64,000 nt of DNA from positions 1 to 64,000 of the IMG/VR virus record IMGVR_UViG_3300038393_001444; one strand, given 5' to 3'. Under the pieces are notes generated by a model. That model saw only the letters and a program-made list of their open reading frames with translations. It was not told where the DNA came from and did no database searches. A program made the position numbers and the translations under genes. This document shows, one piece after another, positions 61,640 to 64,000 of this stretch; the stretch's first letter is position 1; each line of letters starts with the position of its first letter. This DNA is from a virus.

Positions 61640-62170
61640 ATGCGGCCGAGACATGGAGCCGCCAGACCATTCTTCCCGCCGCCGCTCATGAAAAATCTCT
61701 TCTCTGCCAAGCGCCTGCAAGAACACTGCGGCGCGCTGCTGCGCCTGTTCTTCTGCGCCCATATCTTTTTCGTGAACCTGATCGGCATGCTGGACGAAAA
61801 GAGCCTCACGCATGCGCTGACAGAGCACGGCGGCAGTTCAGCCTGGGCCACGCTCTACACGATGACGGCGATGGCGGCGGTCGGCTTCTTCGATACTTTC
61901 ATCAATGATGTGCTGCCGGATGACTACACGCTCAAGCATGGCCTGGAGTTCCGCCACCTGATCTTCATGGGCCTCGCGCTGTGCTTTGCCGCGCAAATGT
62001 GGTGGGGCGTGGCGATCCAGTCCTACATGCTGATCCCCTATTACCTGCTGCATATCACGTTCATTTCCGTGGCGGCCTTCCTCGATATTCACGACCGCTA
62101 CAGCCCCGATTCCTTATGCAGGGTGCGACGCGGCATTCAACCTGAAGGTGCCGCCCATGCCAATGCGTGA
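61640..62170 (+). CDS. multi-pass membrane protein (holin/antiholin candidate)
   Basis: About four hydrophobic segments; first gene of lysis cassette. Confidence 0.6.
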   Translation: MRPRHGAARPFFPPPLMKNLFSAKRLQEHCGALLRLFFCAHIFFVNLIGMLDEKSLTHALTEHGGSSAWATLYTMTAMAAVGFFDTFINDVLPDDYTLKHGLEFRHLIFMGLALCFAAQMWWGVAIQSYMLIPYYLLHITFISVAAFLDIHDRYSPDSLCRVRRGIQPEGAAHANA

Positions 62171-62585
62171 ATGCACGATCGTCCAGCAGTTCTTCGCGCT
62201 GTTCAAGCTGATGCTGTGGGTGCTCTGGCCGGTCACGGCTTTCGCCGCCCAGCTGTCGTTTTCGCATTCGTTTGCCGATACCGATGTGCTGCTCGATGTG
62301 CTGATGACGATCGGCATTTCGGTGCTGGTCGGACTCACGTCGCTGCTGGTGGCGATGAAGGCGGCCTATGAAAAGGACGGCAAGATCGATCGCCTGTGGC
62401 TTTTCGTGAGCTCGAAGATGCTGTGCTCCACGGTGGCCGGCATCACCACCTATTTTTGCGCCGGGCTGCTCGGCATGCCGCGCGACGGCGCGGTGATCGC
62501 CATCATCGGCATGGCGTACTGCGGCACGGTAGCCATGGAACGGCTTTCGAATGCCGTCATGGAGCATTTCGTCGCCAAGGTTTGA
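62163..62585 (+). CDS. holin candidate
   Basis: Three to four hydrophobic segments, directly before endolysin; start uncertain. Confidence 0.65.
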   Translation: MRECTIVQQFFALFKLMLWVLWPVTAFAAQLSFSHSFADTDVLLDVLMTIGISVLVGLTSLLVAMKAAYEKDGKIDRLWLFVSSKMLCSTVAGITTYFCAGLLGMPRDGAVIAIIGMAYCGTVAMERLSNAVMEHFVAKV

Positions 62586-62607
62586 AAACGTAGAAGGGGA
62601 AGGGAGT

Positions 62608-63333
62608 ATGTCTGTGACCGATGTGACCATTCATGAAGATGCGCCGGCCGAAGTCGCCGCGCCGGTAAAGCCGCCGCTGCTGACCGAAGCGCAGCTGCAG
62701 AAGATCATGCCGAAGGTCGGCGAGCGCGCCGGCCTGTACCTGCCGCACCTTGTCGCCGGCATGGAGCAGTTCGATATCCGCCAGCCGAAGGAGATCGCCG
62801 CGTTCCTGGCGCAGCTGGCGGTCGAGTCGAAGGATCTGACGGTGTTTTCGGAAGATCTGAACTACACGGCCGCGCGTCTGGCTGCCGTCTGGCCGAGCCG
62901 CTATTCGCTGGGCGGCAAGAAGCCGCTGCCGAACGATCTGGCCAAGCGCCTCGCCGGCAAGCCGGAAGCGATTGCGAACAATGTCTATGCGAACCGCAAC
63001 GGCAACGGCGACGAGGCGTCCGGCGACGGCTTCGCGTTCCGTGGCGCGGGCGCGATCCAGATCACGTTCAGGATGAACCATGCGCGCGTGGCCAAGTTCT
63101 TCCGCCTGGATCTGGCCAAGGTCGGCGAATGGCTGCGCAGCCCCGAAGGCGCGATGCTGTCGGCCTGCTGGTATTGGTGGGCGGCCGGCTGCTCGAAGCC
63201 CGCGCTCACGGGCGACTTCGATCAGGTCTGCGACCTGATCAACATCGGCCGGCACACGGCCGAGCAGGGCGACGCGCTTGGCTATGCCGACCGCAAGGCC
63301 GCCTTCCTCGAGGCGTCGAAGGTGCTGGCATGA
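62608..63333 (+). CDS. endolysin, glycoside hydrolase family 19
   Basis: AAFLAQ..VES...EDLNY...ANNVYANR.GNG....GDG..FRG.G.IQIT. Confidence 0.9.
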   Translation: MSVTDVTIHEDAPAEVAAPVKPPLLTEAQLQKIMPKVGERAGLYLPHLVAGMEQFDIRQPKEIAAFLAQLAVESKDLTVFSEDLNYTAARLAAVWPSRYSLGGKKPLPNDLAKRLAGKPEAIANNVYANRNGNGDEASGDGFAFRGAGAIQITFRMNHARVAKFFRLDLAKVGEWLRSPEGAMLSACWYWWAAGCSKPALTGDFDQVCDLINIGRHTAEQGDALGYADRKAAFLEASKVLA

Positions 63334-63716
63334 TGGCCATCGAATCTTGGGGAAGCGTGGCGCGCATCGTCATCGTGATCGCCGCCCTGGTGGCGGCTTT
63401 TGCGTTCGGCTGGACCGTGCAGGGCTGGCGCAAGACCGCCGAGATCGCCGCGCTCAAGAGCGCGCAGGACAGCGCGCGCGCCACGGCCGCAGAAGCCGCT
63501 GAAGCGCAGCTGGTGGATGCCGCCGCCAAGGTGCACGACGCGGCCGCCGCCGCCAATGTGAATATCGCTGATCTCGGCAAGAAGCTGGATCAGATCCAAA
63601 AGGAGTTCCGGAATGCGAAGCCGCTGCCTGCTGATTGCCGCCCTGATGATTTCCGGCTGCAGCACCTTGCCCGCGCCGTCGACGCCGCCCGCGCCGCAAT
63701 ATCCGGCGCTCGATAG
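63330..63716 (+). CDS. i-spanin (Rz-like)
   Basis: N-terminal TM helix, coiled coil, C-terminal Cys. Confidence 0.8.
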   Translation: MMAIESWGSVARIVIVIAALVAAFAFGWTVQGWRKTAEIAALKSAQDSARATAAEAAEAQLVDAAAKVHDAAAAANVNIADLGKKLDQIQKEFRNAKPLPADCRPDDFRLQHLARAVDAARAAISGAR

Positions 63717-63867
63717 CGCGCTGGCTGCGCCCTGCCTGCTGCCGGATGCGCCGGCGGTGGCCGACTATGATGTGTGGCAGGAATGGATCGAACAGAAGCT
63801 GGTGCCGGCCTTCGCGGACTGCGCGATCCGGCACCGGCAAACCGTGGCCGCGTGGCCGAAGAACTAG
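63613..63867 (+). CDS. o-spanin (Rz1-like lipoprotein)
   Basis: Lipobox ISG-C, Pro-rich, overlaps Rz in another frame. Confidence 0.8.
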   Translation: MRSRCLLIAALMISGCSTLPAPSTPPAPQYPALDSALAAPCLLPDAPAVADYDVWQEWIEQKLVPAFADCAIRHRQTVAAWPKN

Positions 63868-64000
63868 CGCCCCAGCTTCTTTAAGCGCTCGAGCGTTTCC
63901 GTGCACTCGACGCAATGGTGTTTTCCCATCGCGCGGCGCGCCTCCGAGATCGGCTCGCCGCAATCGAACTGCCGGCAAAGCGCCGGGCCGTAGCGCGGAT
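63864..64000 (-). CDS. TraR/DksA C4 zinc-finger protein, 5' partial
   Basis: Not in ORF track: PRYGPALCRQFDCGEPISEARRAMGKHHCVECTETLERLKKLGR*. Confidence 0.75.
   Translation of the reverse strand, partial: PRYGPALCRQFDCGEPISEARRAMGKHHCVECTETLERLKKLGR

Noticed and set aside
1-64000. tRNA, rRNA, CRISPR array, integrase, transposase, intron/intein, DGR reverse transcriptase
   Set aside because: No supporting motifs seen by eye; lifestyle (temperate or lytic) cannot be decided from this window.

Overview
The window is a high-GC (roughly 65% by eye) tailed phage or prophage segment with a contractile tail (myovirus). A proteobacterial host is inferred from the spanin pair and sigma70-type promoters. 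In order it holds: the end of a DNA methyltransferase, small accessory genes, several large putative virion-packaged enzymes, an unusual two-ATPase terminase, a minus-strand early block (XRE regulator, NinX-like paralogs, J-domain, dUTPase, DUF932), portal/MuF/protease/scaffold/capsid, a fibre-like cassette, neck, sheath, tube, chaperones, tape measure, baseplate, tail fibre and lysis genes. The main signals the ORF track does not show are: (1) a shared terminal hydrophobic-x-K(S/A) tag on five non-structural proteins that matches the apparent prohead-protease site, suggesting a capsid-targeted injected payload (kinase+ADP-ribosyltransferase, Nudix, pyrophosphatase, SNF2 ATPase); (2) 17 copies of a putative late promoter TCGTGAYnnnAnnnT, seven placed for leaderless or near-leaderless mRNAs and one apparently driving a ~56-nt small RNA; (3) five 15-bp palindromic operators, four within sigma70-type promoters; (4) a likely +1 frameshift at TCC-TTT-CGA in the tail chaperone. 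All family assignments come from motif recognition by eye; no database search was run.
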